Source of the DNA: Candidatus Sericytochromatia bacterium
Lineage (GTDB): Bacteria; Cyanobacteriota; Sericytochromatia; S15B-MN24; UBA4093
Assembly (NCBI GenBank): GCA_036676985.1
Contig: JAKFBU010000026.1
Location: forward strand, 257,265 to 321,264
Length of the DNA stretch: 64,000 nt
Direction of reading: 5' to 3'
Below the pieces are notes generated by a model, which saw only the letters and a program-made list of their open reading frames with translations, ran no database searches and was not told where the DNA came from. Position 1 is the first letter of the stretch. The number at the start of each line of letters is the position of its first letter. Shown piece after piece: positions 20,802-30,354 of this stretch. The translations under genes and the position numbers were made by a program.

Positions 20802-21467
20802 GTGTCCCTGGCTGCTGATGACCGAAGGAAGGGGTCTCCGTCGTTTTCGGAGATGCTCGGAGTTTACGAGGTCTCGATCCACATCCGCCGGCTCACTCGA
20901 GCGTTGCTCGACGTCTCGGACGACATGGCGCTGCTTGCGACCAACGCCGAGATCACAGCGGACCGTTCGCGGGCCGAGCGAGGCGCGCTCACGGTCATTG
21001 CCAACGAGGCCAAGCGCATCGCCCACGAGACCGAGCGTCTGGTCAACGAGATCCGCAAGACCTCCGGCCGGCTGGAGCGCGAGTCCATGGCGGGCGTGCT
21101 GAAGGCCCGGGCCATGGCCCAGTACGCGCTCGCCCTCCGGCTGACGAAGCGCGAGGCGGTGCAAGTCGTCCTCGACCAGAGCGTGGATGCCGCCGGAGAG
21201 CAGTTGCTTGCCTCCATCCGAGAGATCGATCACTCCCTCGAGCGCATGAGGGTCCACCGCCAGGCCATCGACAAGCTCAACGACCGCGCGGCCATCGTGG
21301 CCACCTACTTCCGCATCGAAGCGAGCCGGGACGAGGATGGCACCTACTTCCACTCGATCGCGAGCATGCTGGACACCCTGGGCGTCCAGGTGACGGGCGT
21401 GGTCGGTGAGCTGTATCAGGTTCTCAGCATTTCCAAGCAAGTGAACACGTGGATGGAGACCGCATGA
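20802..21467 (+). CDS. soluble chemoreceptor-like (MCP signalling hairpin) protein
   Basis: LLATNAEITADR...LTVIANEAKRIA, a divergent MCP tip; no TM; GAGGAGG RBS. Confidence 0.75.
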   Translation: MSLAADDRRKGSPSFSEMLGVYEVSIHIRRLTRALLDVSDDMALLATNAEITADRSRAERGALTVIANEAKRIAHETERLVNEIRKTSGRLERESMAGVLKARAMAQYALALRLTKREAVQVVLDQSVDAAGEQLLASIREIDHSLERMRVHRQAIDKLNDRAAIVATYFRIEASRDEDGTYFHSIASMLDTLGVQVTGVVGELYQVLSISKQVNTWMETA

Positions 21468-22225
21468 TCGGACGCACCCTCTTCGATGACGGCAATCACC
21501 GCTGGATAGCCATCGGGCGCGATTCGAACAAGCCCGGCGAGGTCATCGACACCAACGAGTACCTCATCGTCAGCAACGGCGAGGCCCTGTTGCTGGATCC
21601 CGGCGGCACGGAGATCTTCCCGGCGGTGCTCGCCGCGGTCTCCGACCACATCGACCTCGCGCAGATCAAGACCCTGTTCGCGAGCCACCAGGATCCGGAC
21701 GTCTTCTCCTCCCTGCCGCTGTGGATGGGGCTCTGCCCCGAGGCACACGTCTACATGCCCTGGCTGTGGTCGAGCTTTATCGCGCACTTCGGCTACGAGT
21801 ACGTGGCCGCGTTCCATGCCGTCCCGGACGAGGGCGGCACCCTACCGGTCGGCCGCGCGGGCCGCACGCTGCAGATGGTGCCGGCGCACTACTGCCACTC
21901 GTCGGGCAACTTCAGCGTGTACGATCCCCATGCCAAGATCCTCTTCTCGGGCGACATGGGGGCCGCCCTGTTGCCCGAAGGAGAGGACAGCCTCTTTGTG
22001 ACCGACTTCGAGCGCCACACCGGCTACATGGTCGGCTTCCATCGCCGCTGGCTCCCCTCCAACGCCGCCAAAAACGCGTGGATCGCCCGGGTCCGCGCGC
22101 TCGAGGTCGACATGCTCTGCCCCCAGCACGGCTCCATCTTCCGGGGCGAGCAGGTGGGGCAGTTCCTCGACTGGCTCGAGGAGCTGAACGTCGGCGTCGC
22201 CGTTTCGGTCCCGGCCCAGGCATGA
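21464..22225 (+). CDS. oxygen-binding di-iron protein (ODP)-like MBL-fold protein
   Basis: LLDPGG, SHQDPD, PAHYCHS, FSGD, PQHG; no flavodoxin domain; ATGA-coupled to the MCP-like gene. Confidence 0.8.
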   Translation: MIGRTLFDDGNHRWIAIGRDSNKPGEVIDTNEYLIVSNGEALLLDPGGTEIFPAVLAAVSDHIDLAQIKTLFASHQDPDVFSSLPLWMGLCPEAHVYMPWLWSSFIAHFGYEYVAAFHAVPDEGGTLPVGRAGRTLQMVPAHYCHSSGNFSVYDPHAKILFSGDMGAALLPEGEDSLFVTDFERHTGYMVGFHRRWLPSNAAKNAWIARVRALEVDMLCPQHGSIFRGEQVGQFLDWLEELNVGVAVSVPAQA

Positions 22226-22259
22226 CCCCGGCCCGGGGACGGGCCGAGCCGCAAAGGAC

Positions 22260-22287
22260 AAAGGGCCGGCGATCGCCGGCCCTTTTT
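22260..22287. terminator. bidirectional terminator
   Basis: AAAGGGCCGGC-GATC-GCCGGCCCTTTTT between convergent genes. Confidence 0.8.
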
Positions 22288-22312
22288 GGCTCCCGAAACG
22301 GAGTGGAACAGC

Positions 22313-23017
22313 CTACATGAGGCTTTGGTTGCGCATGATGCTGATGAGCTTGGCGGCGTAGCTCGGATCGGTGGCGTAGGTCCCCTGCAGGGCCCGCGCG
22401 TAGCGGACCGGGTCCTCCTTGTTGGCGAGGGCGCGCTTGTAGTAGCCGTTGTGGATGGTCTTGGCGTAGGCCTCGAAGGCCTCGTCGAAGCTGCCGTAGT
22501 GGGCGAAGCGGGCCTGAACGCGGTGCCAGCGGCCGCCGGTGTGCTCGCGGGTCGAGACCTTGATGGAGCCCTGCGAGCCTTCTCCCTTGATGCCGAAGAC
22601 GTTGTAGGTGCCGATGGCCGACTTGCCCCAGTTGGACTCGAGCGCGGCCTGGGCGACGATGACCTCGGCGGGCAGGCCGTACTTGGCCTCGATCCGCTCG
22701 GCGGCGGGCATCATGGAGCGCAGGAAGGGGCTGCGGGGCTGGCGCTGCGAGTCGTGGATGACGGACGCGAGCTCGCGGACGTCCGCACGCCGGGCGCGGT
22801 GGGGCTGGTCGGTCGAGCGGATGTGCCGGTCCTGGCGGGCCGCCGCGCTCAGCTCCAGGGTGTCGGCGGGCAGCTTGAGCGTGGCGCCGGCGAGGATCTC
22901 GTGCGGGTTCTCGATGCGGTTGAGGCGCATGAGGGTGCGGATCGACGTGTTGTTGCGTCGGGCGATCGCATCGAGCGTGTCGCCCTTCTGGATCGTGTAC
23001 GTCGGTTTGATCTCCAT
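22313..23017 (-). CDS. LysM plus GH73 (FlgJ-like) glucosaminidase
   Basis: YTIQKGDTL, AQAALESNWG, NVFGIKG, YATDPSY; ATG 23017 behind GGAGG. Confidence 0.9.
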   Translation of the reverse strand: MEIKPTYTIQKGDTLDAIARRNNTSIRTLMRLNRIENPHEILAGATLKLPADTLELSAAARQDRHIRSTDQPHRARRADVRELASVIHDSQRQPRSPFLRSMMPAAERIEAKYGLPAEVIVAQAALESNWGKSAIGTYNVFGIKGEGSQGSIKVSTREHTGGRWHRVQARFAHYGSFDEAFEAYAKTIHNGYYKRALANKEDPVRYARALQGTYATDPSYAAKLISIMRNQSLM

Positions 23018-23107
23018 GGCAGCCTCCAAACTGTTGATGTGCCTTAGGAGTGTTATCCGTACACGAGCTGTTAAGTTTCTGATGTTCCGGTTAAGGTTCA
23101 GGAAATC

Positions 23108-24154
23108 TTAGACCAAAACCTCGATCCCCTTGCCGGGCACGAGCTCTCCGATCTCCTTGACCAGGAGATCGGCCTCCTCGAGGGCCTCGATGAGCGTCTC
23201 GCGGCCTTCGGGGGGCACGGCGATGAGCATGCCGCCCGAGGTCTGGGCGTCGGCCAACAGGAGCTGCTCGGGGAGGTTGAGGCCCGGAGCGAAGGTGACC
23301 TGGGGCCGCAGGAACTCGAGGTTCTGCTCGGTGCCGCCGGGCACGATGTCCTGCTTGGCGAACTCCCAGGCCTCGGGGAAGATGGGCACCTCGGAGAAGC
23401 TGATGCATGCGCCCAGCCCGGACCCGTTGGCCATCTCGGCCAGGTGGCCCAGGAGGCCGAAGCCCGTGATGTCGGTGGCCGCGTGCGCGCCGGCCCGGAT
23501 CATGGCCGCGGCGGCCGCCTTGTTGAGGGCCGCCATCGAGGCGCTCGCGCGCTCGATGAGGTCGTCCGAGGCCAGGCCCTTCTTGATGGCCGTGGTGATG
23601 ATGCCCACGCCGATGGGTTTGGTCAGGAAGAGGCGATCGCCCGCCTTGCCGCCCGCGTTGGTGATGGCCTTGCCGGGATGCACCAGGCCCGTGACGGCCA
23701 TGCCGAACTTGGGCTCGGCGTCGTCGACGGTGTGGCCGCCCACGATGGTGATGCCCGCCTCGGCCGCCTTGTCGGCCCCGCCGCGCAGGATCTCGACCAG
23801 CACCTCGTTGGGGACCTTGCCCATGGGGAAGCCCACGATGTTGAGGCCGGTGAGCGGCTTGCCGCCCATGGCGTAGATGTCGCTCACGGCGTTGGCGACG
23901 GCGATCTGGCCGAAGCGGTACGGGTCGTCGACCATGGGCGTGAAGAAGTCGACGGTCTGGACCAGGGCCAGATCGTCCGACAGGCGGAACACGCCCGCGT
24001 CGTCGGACGTCTCGATGCCGACGAGCAGGTCGGGGTGGGTGGCTTTCGGGAGGTGGCTCAGGACCTGAGCCAGGTCTTGGGGATTGACCTTGCTCGCTCA
24101 GCCGGATTTGCGGACCAGGCTCGTCAGCCGGAAGATCTCGTCGCGGGTATGCAT
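23108..24154 (-). CDS. selD: selenide,water dikinase, selenocysteine-containing (UGA at codon 19)
   Basis: MHTRDEIFRLTSLVRKSG-U-ASKV..DDAGVFRL..QTVDFFTP; in-frame TGA at 24098-24100 at the catalytic Cys/Sec position. Confidence 0.93.
24067..24095 (-). promoter_or_regulatory. candidate SECIS hairpin 3' of the selD UGA
   Basis: GAGC-A-AGGUC-AAUCCCCAA-GACCU-G-GCUC starting 2 nt after UGA. Confidence 0.55.
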
Positions 24155-24196
24155 GGCAGCCTCAACTGAAGGTGATCGACCCGCCCATTATACCGC

Positions 24197-24264
24197 GCTC
24201 CGGTGCTAACGGCGTGGGGCCCGGCGGACAATTCCGCCGGGCCCCACGCCGTTAGCACCGGAGC
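24197..24264. repeat. perfect 32-bp inverted repeat with 4-nt loop
   Basis: 24197-24228 is the exact reverse complement of 24233-24264. Confidence 0.92.
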
Positions 24265-25148
24265 TAGATGCCGTTGAGCCACATGTCGTTGACCAGGCCG
24301 GTCTGGCCGTTGCGGACGAAGGAGCCCTCGGTGGTGATGAGGTTGCCCGCCGAGTCCTCCTTGTTGACGGCCTTGCCGCCGATGCTCATCTGGGTGATGC
24401 CGAGCTCGGAGGGCTTCATGGACTGGTTGGTGCCGTCGCCGTTGCTGACCATCATGGTGAGGCCGTTGTCCTCGAGCTTCTTGAGGTCGGCGGAGTCGAG
24501 GTAGCCCTTGCTGGTGTCGATGCCCAGGTACTCGGCCTCGGCCTTGAGGGTCTCGTAGGCATCCTTGTGCTTGACGCCCTTGCTGTCGACGGTGTCGAGG
24601 GGGCCGCCCTTGAAGGCGAGCACGCCGTCGCCCTTCTCGGCCCACTTGGTCGACGTGGCGCCGTCGACCTCGATGCCGTGCTGGTCGACCGTGGCGTTGG
24701 TGTCGCCGTCGCCGTTCAGGTCGAAGACGAGGGGATCGTTGCGGACGCGCTCGGCGGCCTGCTCGACGGTCTGGCCACTGTTGAGGGCCTCCTGGAAGAC
24801 CTCGATGTTGTGCTGGGTCGGGTTCTGGATGCCCTGTGCCTGCAGCGCCGCCGTGGGGTTCGCCTTGGCCTGCTGGACCGAGTTCACCGGGGCGCCGATG
24901 AACGAGAAGTCCATCTCGCCGCGCATGGCGGCATCCAGCTTCTTGCGGAGGTCCTCGGCGATCGCCACGCTGCCGATCTCGAGCTGGGTGGGGTCCCCGC
25001 TGGGCACGACCGTGCTCTTGTCGGGCTCTTGGGGCGAGGGGGCGACGATCTCGATGTCGGTCGACGTGAACTCCTGGACGGGCTGCGCCTTGGGCGGCAG
25101 CTTGATCGCGGTGTACATGTCCACCGATCCGGACTGGAACATTTCCAT
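24264..25148 (-). CDS. hypothetical acidic protein with DPLVFDLNGDG (Ca-binding-type) motif
   Basis: GGGGGAGG RBS, host codon use; motif seen in secreted Ca-binding proteins. Confidence 0.75.
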   Translation of the reverse strand: MEMFQSGSVDMYTAIKLPPKAQPVQEFTSTDIEIVAPSPQEPDKSTVVPSGDPTQLEIGSVAIAEDLRKKLDAAMRGEMDFSFIGAPVNSVQQAKANPTAALQAQGIQNPTQHNIEVFQEALNSGQTVEQAAERVRNDPLVFDLNGDGDTNATVDQHGIEVDGATSTKWAEKGDGVLAFKGGPLDTVDSKGVKHKDAYETLKAEAEYLGIDTSKGYLDSADLKKLEDNGLTMMVSNGDGTNQSMKPSELGITQMSIGGKAVNKEDSAGNLITTEGSFVRNGQTGLVNDMWLNGI

Positions 25149-25460
25149 GGCGAACCCTCCCCCTGTTTCATTGGCGTTTTCTTACTAGTATTGTCACCGG
25201 ATCGGCCTGAAACATACGTCAAATCTCTGTTGGCAGGAATAGAACTGCGTTAAATCTTGATTGAAAGCGTGATCGGACGCCGGTCTTGCCACCCGGATCC
25301 GGTCGGACGGGCCGCCGATCCCGCCCCCGGGCACCGAGGCGGGGGGGGCGGGTTCGGTCATCCGAAGCAACCTGGCTGCAACATGCGCTTCAATGGTTTG
25401 TGCTTGAATCATTCGAGTGGGGGCCGTGTCGGGTGGTGCGACCGGGGGAGTGAGAGGCGT

Positions 25461-26735
25461 ATGAGCGTCGGGTCTGGATTCCAACGGGCACGGAGGCACG
25501 CGGGCCTGGGCTTGCTGGCAGCCGTGATCCTGCTGGCGGCGCCGACCCCTGCCGGGGCGCATGCCGCGCCCACCCTGATCGCGGCGATCGCCTCGATCCT
25601 GGCCGCGCCTCCGGTGCCCTACGCGGCGCTCGGCATGGTGGTCGCCGACGCCGCGACCGGCGAGCCGCGTCTCACGATCCGGCCGGACGCCCCCATGATC
25701 CCGGCGAGCGCCATGAAGGTCCTGACGAGCGCCGTCGCGTGGCGCAAGCTCGGCCCGGAGGACCGCTTCCACACGCGCCTCGCCGCGGTCGCGCCGATCC
25801 AGGGCGGCCGCCTCCTGGGGGACCTCGTGCTCGCGGGCGAGGGCGATCCCGCGCTGAGCCGGTCGGATCTCGTCGGGCTCGCTCGGGACCTCCGGGCGCG
25901 CGGGATCACATGGGTCGAGGGGGACCTCGTGGTCGACGCCTCGCGCGTGGCGGGGCCCGGATGGTCCCCCGGCTGGTCCGTCGACGATCTGACCAAGTCC
26001 TACGCGGCACCCGTCAGCGCGCTCAACCTGGAGGCCAACCTGCGCCCCGAGGCGGCCACCCCCAGCCCGCGCCTGGTGCCGGTGGCGGATCCCGTCGCGG
26101 CGACCGCGGAGGTCATGCGCACGGCGCTCGCCGATGCGGGCGTGACGCTGCGCGGGCAGGTGCGAGCGGGCCTGACGCCCCGGGCGGCCGCGATCCTCGC
26201 GGAGCGTCGCTCGGCTCCGCTCGCCGAGCTGCTCACGCCGATGAACAAGGACAGCCACAACCTGTATGCCGAGGCCCTCTTCCGGCGCCTCGGCGCTGAT
26301 GCCGGAGGCACCTGGGAGGCCGGGGCGCGGGCCGTCACGCAGGGCTTGTACGAGCTCGGCGTGGCGACCGAGGACGTGCGGGTCGCGGACGGATCCGGGC
26401 TGTCCCGCTACGACCTGGTCACGCCGCGGGCCATGGCGCGCGTCCTCGCCTCCATGTATGAGTCGGAGGCGTTCGTGCGGAGCCTGCCGGTGGCAGGCAT
26501 GGACGGGACCCTCGCGCGCCGCTTCGGCGACAGTCCGCTGCGGGGCCGGCTGCGGGCCAAGACGGGCACCATGAGCGGCGTGAGCACCCTCGCGGGCTAC
26601 CTGGAGGGGACCCACGGCCGCACCTGGTCCGTGACGATCATGGTGAACGGCTTCACCGGGTCCGTGCGTCCCGTTCAGGCCATGCAGGACGCCCTCCTCG
26701 AGCAGGTCTGGAGGGCGCTCGAAGCGGAATTGTAA
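25461..26735 (+). CDS. dacB: D-Ala-D-Ala carboxypeptidase/endopeptidase (peptidase S13, PBP4)
   Basis: PASAMK, SHN, DGSGLSR, KTGT; signal peptide. Confidence 0.93.
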   Translation: MSVGSGFQRARRHAGLGLLAAVILLAAPTPAGAHAAPTLIAAIASILAAPPVPYAALGMVVADAATGEPRLTIRPDAPMIPASAMKVLTSAVAWRKLGPEDRFHTRLAAVAPIQGGRLLGDLVLAGEGDPALSRSDLVGLARDLRARGITWVEGDLVVDASRVAGPGWSPGWSVDDLTKSYAAPVSALNLEANLRPEAATPSPRLVPVADPVAATAEVMRTALADAGVTLRGQVRAGLTPRAAAILAERRSAPLAELLTPMNKDSHNLYAEALFRRLGADAGGTWEAGARAVTQGLYELGVATEDVRVADGSGLSRYDLVTPRAMARVLASMYESEAFVRSLPVAGMDGTLARRFGDSPLRGRLRAKTGTMSGVSTLAGYLEGTHGRTWSVTIMVNGFTGSVRPVQAMQDALLEQVWRALEAEL

Positions 26736-26740
26736 CGACT

Positions 26741-26759
26741 TTCGAAAAATTTTTTCGAA
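26741..26759. promoter_or_regulatory. AT-rich palindrome, candidate operator
   Basis: TTCGAAAAA-T-TTTTTCGAA. Confidence 0.5.
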
Positions 26760-26897
26760 CCTGGAAAGCCAAGTACTAACTGGATTTGAACTTGATCGCT
26801 TGCGATCTGAAGCAGGCAAGTTTACAATAGTTTATGTTTAAATGTGAAGCGCCGCGGGTAGAAAGAATCCAGGAAGGAATCCAGGAGGTTAAAGCCA

Positions 26898-27110
26898 ATG
26901 TTCAAGACGAATTTCCATTGCCCGTTTTGCCATAACACGCTGCGGTCCGACACGACCAGCGGCGAGGAGTTCTCCTGCCTCGCGTGCGAGGCGATGGTCG
27001 ATGTGATCGACGACGATCTCACCATGGTCTCTCGCGCCCCCCACCATCTCGACGTCTTCTACATCTCCACCAGCGAGCTGCGCCTGACGACGGCCGTCCG
27101 CGCCTTCTAG
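26898..27110 (+). CDS. 70-aa zinc-ribbon microprotein
   Basis: CPFC...CLAC; strong AGGAGG RBS. Confidence 0.75.
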   Translation: MFKTNFHCPFCHNTLRSDTTSGEEFSCLACEAMVDVIDDDLTMVSRAPHHLDVFYISTSELRLTTAVRAF

Positions 27111-27164
27111 TCCGCCCTGGATCAAGCGGGAGCGCCGACCCGAGGTCGGCGCTCCGCGGCGTTC

Positions 27165-28223
27165 TTACGGTCCGGGCGAAAGCCAGCGTTCGAGGAACGC
27201 TTCGGGCTTGGGATCCTTGGCGACCTCGTCCCGGAAGAACCGGACGAACTTCGGCAGGTCCCGCCCCAGTCGATCGTAGACCCGCTCGAACAGCTCCGTA
27301 TTGGACTGATAGGTCAGTTGGGTCATGAGGTACGCATTGTTGAGCGGAGTCTTGCCGAAGCCCGCGAAGTGGTCGGTCTCGAACGGCACCAGGGCGAAGC
27401 GCGCCTGCGCCTGGGCGAACAGCCGCTCGCGGCGCGCGAGCTTTTCCTCGGTCGTGAGCGGAGAGCGGTACAAGGCGCGCAGATCCTCGGACGTCTCCGC
27501 CAGGAAGCTCGTGAACAGCCGCTCATCCCGCAGCGCACCCTCGGCGTAGCGGACCTCGGCCGACTTGGCACCGAAGCGATCGCGCAAAAAGCCGAGCGAT
27601 CCCTGGTTGCCCACGAAGGTCGCGAACCCCTCGTTGAAGCTCGACTCCCCTTGCAGGTAGACGGTCGCGTGCGTCAGCTCGTGGATGATGATGTTGGCGA
27701 GCACGGACGGCTGGTACTTCAGGAGCGACGAGTAGAGCGGGTCGGGCAGCCAGCCGAGCAGGCTGAAGGCGGCCACGCCCCGCAGGTGTGCGTCATAGCC
27801 CTGGCGCTCCAGCAAGTGCTTCTCGGCCTCGGCGTCGGCCTTGTCGAAGAAGCCCTTGTAGGGGACGGCCCCCACGATCGGGAAGTGCCACAGGTACGGC
27901 GTCAGGGCGTCCTTGGGCGCTCCGGAGACGACGTAGGTCACGGCCGAGCGGTCCAGCACGACCACGTCCTCGTAGCTGCCCGTCCGTTTGAGGCCGATGG
28001 CGTCCAGGGCGTAGGCCTTGGCGGCCGTCACGAGCGCGAGGCGATCGCGCTGCTCCGGCGTGAGGCGCGCGTCGCGCCGGGCGGCCTCCAGCGACTCGCG
28101 CTGCATGAGCAACGACGCCTGGCCATACCCCTGCTTGAGGAGGTAGCCTGCGCTGCAGCCCGTCATGGCAAAGGTGAGTCCGCCAATCAGCGCCCAGCGG
28201 GCGGCGTTCGGCAAGATCCGCAT
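27165..28223 (-). CDS. putative zinc aminopeptidase lipoprotein
   Basis: Lipobox MTGC, FPIVGAVPYKGFF, HELTH...FNEGFA. Confidence 0.85.
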   Translation of the reverse strand: MRILPNAARWALIGGLTFAMTGCSAGYLLKQGYGQASLLMQRESLEAARRDARLTPEQRDRLALVTAAKAYALDAIGLKRTGSYEDVVVLDRSAVTYVVSGAPKDALTPYLWHFPIVGAVPYKGFFDKADAEAEKHLLERQGYDAHLRGVAAFSLLGWLPDPLYSSLLKYQPSVLANIIIHELTHATVYLQGESSFNEGFATFVGNQGSLGFLRDRFGAKSAEVRYAEGALRDERLFTSFLAETSEDLRALYRSPLTTEEKLARRERLFAQAQARFALVPFETDHFAGFGKTPLNNAYLMTQLTYQSNTELFERVYDRLGRDLPKFVRFFRDEVAKDPKPEAFLERWLSPGP

Positions 28224-28378
28224 GTTCACGCCCTTTCTAGCGATTCGAGCTTTCATTCTACGGGCCCGAGCGGGCCGCCGCAACGCGTCCCCGTTACGAT
28301 TGTCCGCTCTGCCTCCGGGGTATACACTTGCTAGCGATGCGGGCCGCTCGGGCCCGCCACGGTCGAAAGGGGAAGCTA

Positions 28379-28792
28379 TTGGCGTCGCAGAAGGAAGCTT
28401 TCTTCGAGGAGATTCAGGCCGGGTTCTTCGGTGATTTCCTCATTTCCAAGTCCCTGATCACGTCGGACCAGCTCAAGGAGTCCCTCGCCCTCCAGGAGAC
28501 CAAGAAGCGGCACCTCCGCATCGGCGAGATCCTCTGCGAGCAGGGCTACCTCTCTCCGGACGACCTCGTCGCCTGCCTGCGCGAGTACAAGATCCAGATC
28601 CGCCTGGGCGAGCTCTTGGTCTCGAACGGCGACCTGCGCTTCATGCAGCTCCTCGAGGCCCTCGACGAGCAGCGTCTCACGGGCGGCCACCTGGGCGAGA
28701 TCCTCGTCCGGCTCAACTTCTGCACCCTCGAGCAGGTCTCGGAGGCCCTCGAGCTGCAGCGGTCGCTGACCAACGACGAACTCTTCGCGTGA
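28379..28792 (+). CDS. stand-alone MshEN-repeat (c-di-GMP-binding) protein
   Basis: Four RLGxxLxxxG..LxxxLxxQ-type motifs: FFGDFL, RIGEIL, RLGELL, HLGEIL. Confidence 0.8.
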   Translation: MASQKEAFFEEIQAGFFGDFLISKSLITSDQLKESLALQETKKRHLRIGEILCEQGYLSPDDLVACLREYKIQIRLGELLVSNGDLRFMQLLEALDEQRLTGGHLGEILVRLNFCTLEQVSEALELQRSLTNDELFA

Positions 28793-30354
28793 TCCTGCCT
28801 CCCTTTCGCGACCTGCCGCTCGAGACCCGCATCGCCCAGCTCTTCTGCCTGGCGATCCCCTCGGCGGACCCCGAGGCGCTCGCGGGCGCCGCGGAGGACC
28901 TGCGGCGCCATGCGTGGGGCGGCTACATCTTCGATGCCCGGCGGGACGATCGAGCCCGCCTCGCCGAGCTGATCGCGGCGGCTCCCATCCCCCTGCTGGT
29001 CTCCTGCGACCTGGAGATGGGGGCCGGCCACCACCTGGCGGAGGCGACGCGCTTTCCCCATGCCATGGCCTTCGGGGCCACGGCCCGGCCCGAGTACGCC
29101 TACGAGCTCGGGCGCATGACGGCCCTCGAGGCGCGGGCGGCGGGCGTCAACTGGGTGCTCGCGCCCATTGCCGACGTGAACAGCAACCCCGACAACCCGA
29201 TCATCAACGTGCGCAGCTTCGGCTCGGACCCGGAGCGGGTGGCCGAGTTCGTCGCGGCCTTCATCCGCGGCTGCGAGGCGCACGGGGCGATCGCATGCGC
29301 CAAGCACTTCCCGGGCCACGGGGACACGGCCGACGACTCGCACAGCCGTCTGGCGACCTCGCACGCGAGCCACGAGCGCCTCACGCGCATGGAGTGGGTG
29401 CCGTTCCGAGCGGCGATCGAAGCCGGGGTGGGCTCGGTGATGTCCGCTCACGTGGCCGTCCCGGCCCTGGACCCCACGGGTCTGCCCGCCACCCTGTCAC
29501 CCCGGATCCTGGGGACGCTGCGCGCGGAGCTTGCCTACGACGGCCTCATCGTGTCGGACGCGCTCATCATGGGCGGGGTGACCGAGACCTTCAACGACGA
29601 GACGGCGGCCGTCGAGGCCCTCGCGGCCGGCTGCGACGTCCTCCTGATGCCGCCCCATCCCGAGCGGGCGCTCGCCGCGGTGCTCGCGGCCGTGCAGAAC
29701 GGCGAGCTGGACGAGGAGCGCCTCAACCAGTCGGTGGCCCGGGTCTGGGCCCTCAAGGAGCGCGTGCTGGCCGCCCGGGTCGAGGCTCCGGCGGACCTGG
29801 GCGCTCAGGCCCATGCCCTCGCCGAGGCGGTGGCGCAAGATGCGCTCACGCTCGCCAAGGGTAGTCCCGAGGCGCTGCCCCTGGACCTCTCGAAGGCCTT
29901 CCAGCTCGTGCTGGACGACGATGACGACGCGGAGGCCTACGCGCCGTGGGCCGAGGCCCTCCAGGCACGCGGCCTGGGGCTCATGACCGTGGTCAAGCGC
30001 CAGGCGACGGAAGCCGAGTGGCACTCCGTCCAGCCGCCCGTGGCCGGGCAGCCGGTGGTGTGTGCGGTCTTCAGCACGGTCAAGGCCTGGAAGGATCGCA
30101 TCGACCTCTCGTCGGAGCACGCAGCGCTCTTGAACCGCCTGCGGGACGAGGGGCATCCGCTCTACCTGGTCTCGTTCTCGAATCCCTACATCGGGCGTCA
30201 GGTGCCGCGCACCGACGCCTTCCTCTGCGCGTACTCGGACCATCCGGCCTCGCAGCGTGCCGCGCTTTCCGCCCTTGCGGGCGAGGTCCCGGTGCGGGGG
30301 ACGCTGCCCGTGACCCTCGACTCCAGGCCGGGGCAGCGCATGCTGGAGGCGTAG
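28789..30354 (+). CDS. nagZ: GH3 beta-N-acetylglucosaminidase
   Basis: APIADVN, RSFG, KHFPGHG..DSH, SDAL. Confidence 0.9.
   Translation: MILPPFRDLPLETRIAQLFCLAIPSADPEALAGAAEDLRRHAWGGYIFDARRDDRARLAELIAAAPIPLLVSCDLEMGAGHHLAEATRFPHAMAFGATARPEYAYELGRMTALEARAAGVNWVLAPIADVNSNPDNPIINVRSFGSDPERVAEFVAAFIRGCEAHGAIACAKHFPGHGDTADDSHSRLATSHASHERLTRMEWVPFRAAIEAGVGSVMSAHVAVPALDPTGLPATLSPRILGTLRAELAYDGLIVSDALIMGGVTETFNDETAAVEALAAGCDVLLMPPHPERALAAVLAAVQNGELDEERLNQSVARVWALKERVLAARVEAPADLGAQAHALAEAVAQDALTLAKGSPEALPLDLSKAFQLVLDDDDDAEAYAPWAEALQARGLGLMTVVKRQATEAEWHSVQPPVAGQPVVCAVFSTVKAWKDRIDLSSEHAALLNRLRDEGHPLYLVSFSNPYIGRQVPRTDAFLCAYSDHPASQRAALSALAGEVPVRGTLPVTLDSRPGQRMLEA

Noticed and set aside
23108-24154. selD pseudogene
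   Set aside because: The TGA is exactly at the catalytic Cys/Sec position and the rest of the gene is intact
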